DNA of 63,569 bases, counting the filler, from Hyphochytrium catenoides (taxonomy: Eukaryota > Protista > Hyphochytriomycota), in NCBI GenBank assembly GCA_900088475.1. It is 8 parts of 8 records of this genome, joined end to end, with 100 filler letters (N's around TTAATTAATTAA, not from the genome) between each part and the next. Parts side by side here need not be neighbours in the genome. Positions count along the whole stretch, not along the records: positions 56,674 to 63,569 come from FLMG01000417.1; 7 more parts are not named here. One strand, given 5' to 3'. The notes under the pieces are model-generated. The model saw only the letters and a program-made list of their open reading frames with translations, ran no database searches and was not told the origin of the DNA. The position numbers and the translations under genes were made by a program. Of the stretch, positions 63,001-63,569 are shown piece after piece (position 1 is the stretch's first letter; every line of letters begins with the position of its first letter).

Positions 63001-63569
63001 ACCTACTAATAATAGCTGCTGCTCCTGCTGGTAGCTGTGTGGGGGCTGCCTGCTACTAGCTGCTGCTTGCTCGCTGCTGCTTCTGCCTGCCCGCTGTCGT
63101 CCCTCTGCTAGAGTTGGTGGGCTGCCGACGACCAGCTCCTCCTCCAAGAAGGGATTGTTCGAATTTTGTTGTTGTTGCCACCTCGCTCCTCTTGTTGCTC
63201 CCCGGGCAACGGGTGGGACGACGAAGAATAGCAACTGCGCTGTGTGATAATAGGAACCAGAAGAGCTGCTCGGGCTTCCGGCATCTTCTTCTCCGCTCCC
63301 TCACTTTGCTCAGACGATCAGTGCTATAACATTGGGGCTAGGTTAGTCGTCGCCGCCGCTGTTGCTGCTTCTGCTTGCTTCTTCTTCTGGGGAAGGGGCA
63401 GTTGGCCCGTCCAAAAGTAGGAAACACTGAGGTGCTGCCGTCGCCATTTTAGCTGTCGCCACCTGCCGAGAGCGGCAGCACCCGCAAGACGATTCTTGTC
63501 AATAGCTGATCGCTCAGGCGTCGAGAACAGCATCATTAGCAGTAAGCTTGCTGCCTATCATACAAGCGC

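Overview
Eukaryotic genomic DNA with spliceosomal GT-AG introns. It is a pseudo-scaffold of 8 contigs joined by artificial 100-nt linkers (N44-TTAATTAATTAA-N44), so gene order across linkers has no biological meaning. Protein architectures suggest a protist, probably a stramenopile (inference). Most contigs are saturated with (AG)n/(CT)n microsatellites, which generate nearly all the Ser/Leu- and Arg/Glu-rich ORFs in the track. Genes reconstructed by hand: a secreted LamG + mucin-stalk + NHL-repeat protein; a MED15-like KIX/polyQ protein; POLD1; GCP2 with an N-terminal beta-trefoil-like extension; a small Zn-ribbon/CaaX protein; an eIF2B-delta fragment; a DUF3712/Tag1-like membrane protein; an intronless alpha/beta hydrolase; an EF-hand + EML5/6-like WD40 protein; an aminotransferase fragment; and a SKP1 family gene. 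Contig 2 looks subtelomeric, with a CCCTAA-derived 13-mer array, a near-perfect (TTAGGG)3/(CCCTAA)3 palindrome, a frameshifted exon and a decayed Ty1/copia element. The most interesting leads are introns with complementary 5'-(AG)n...(CT)n-3' halves, the GCP2 beta-trefoil fusion and the telomere-derived structures. All calls rest on visual motif recognition; no database searches were run.
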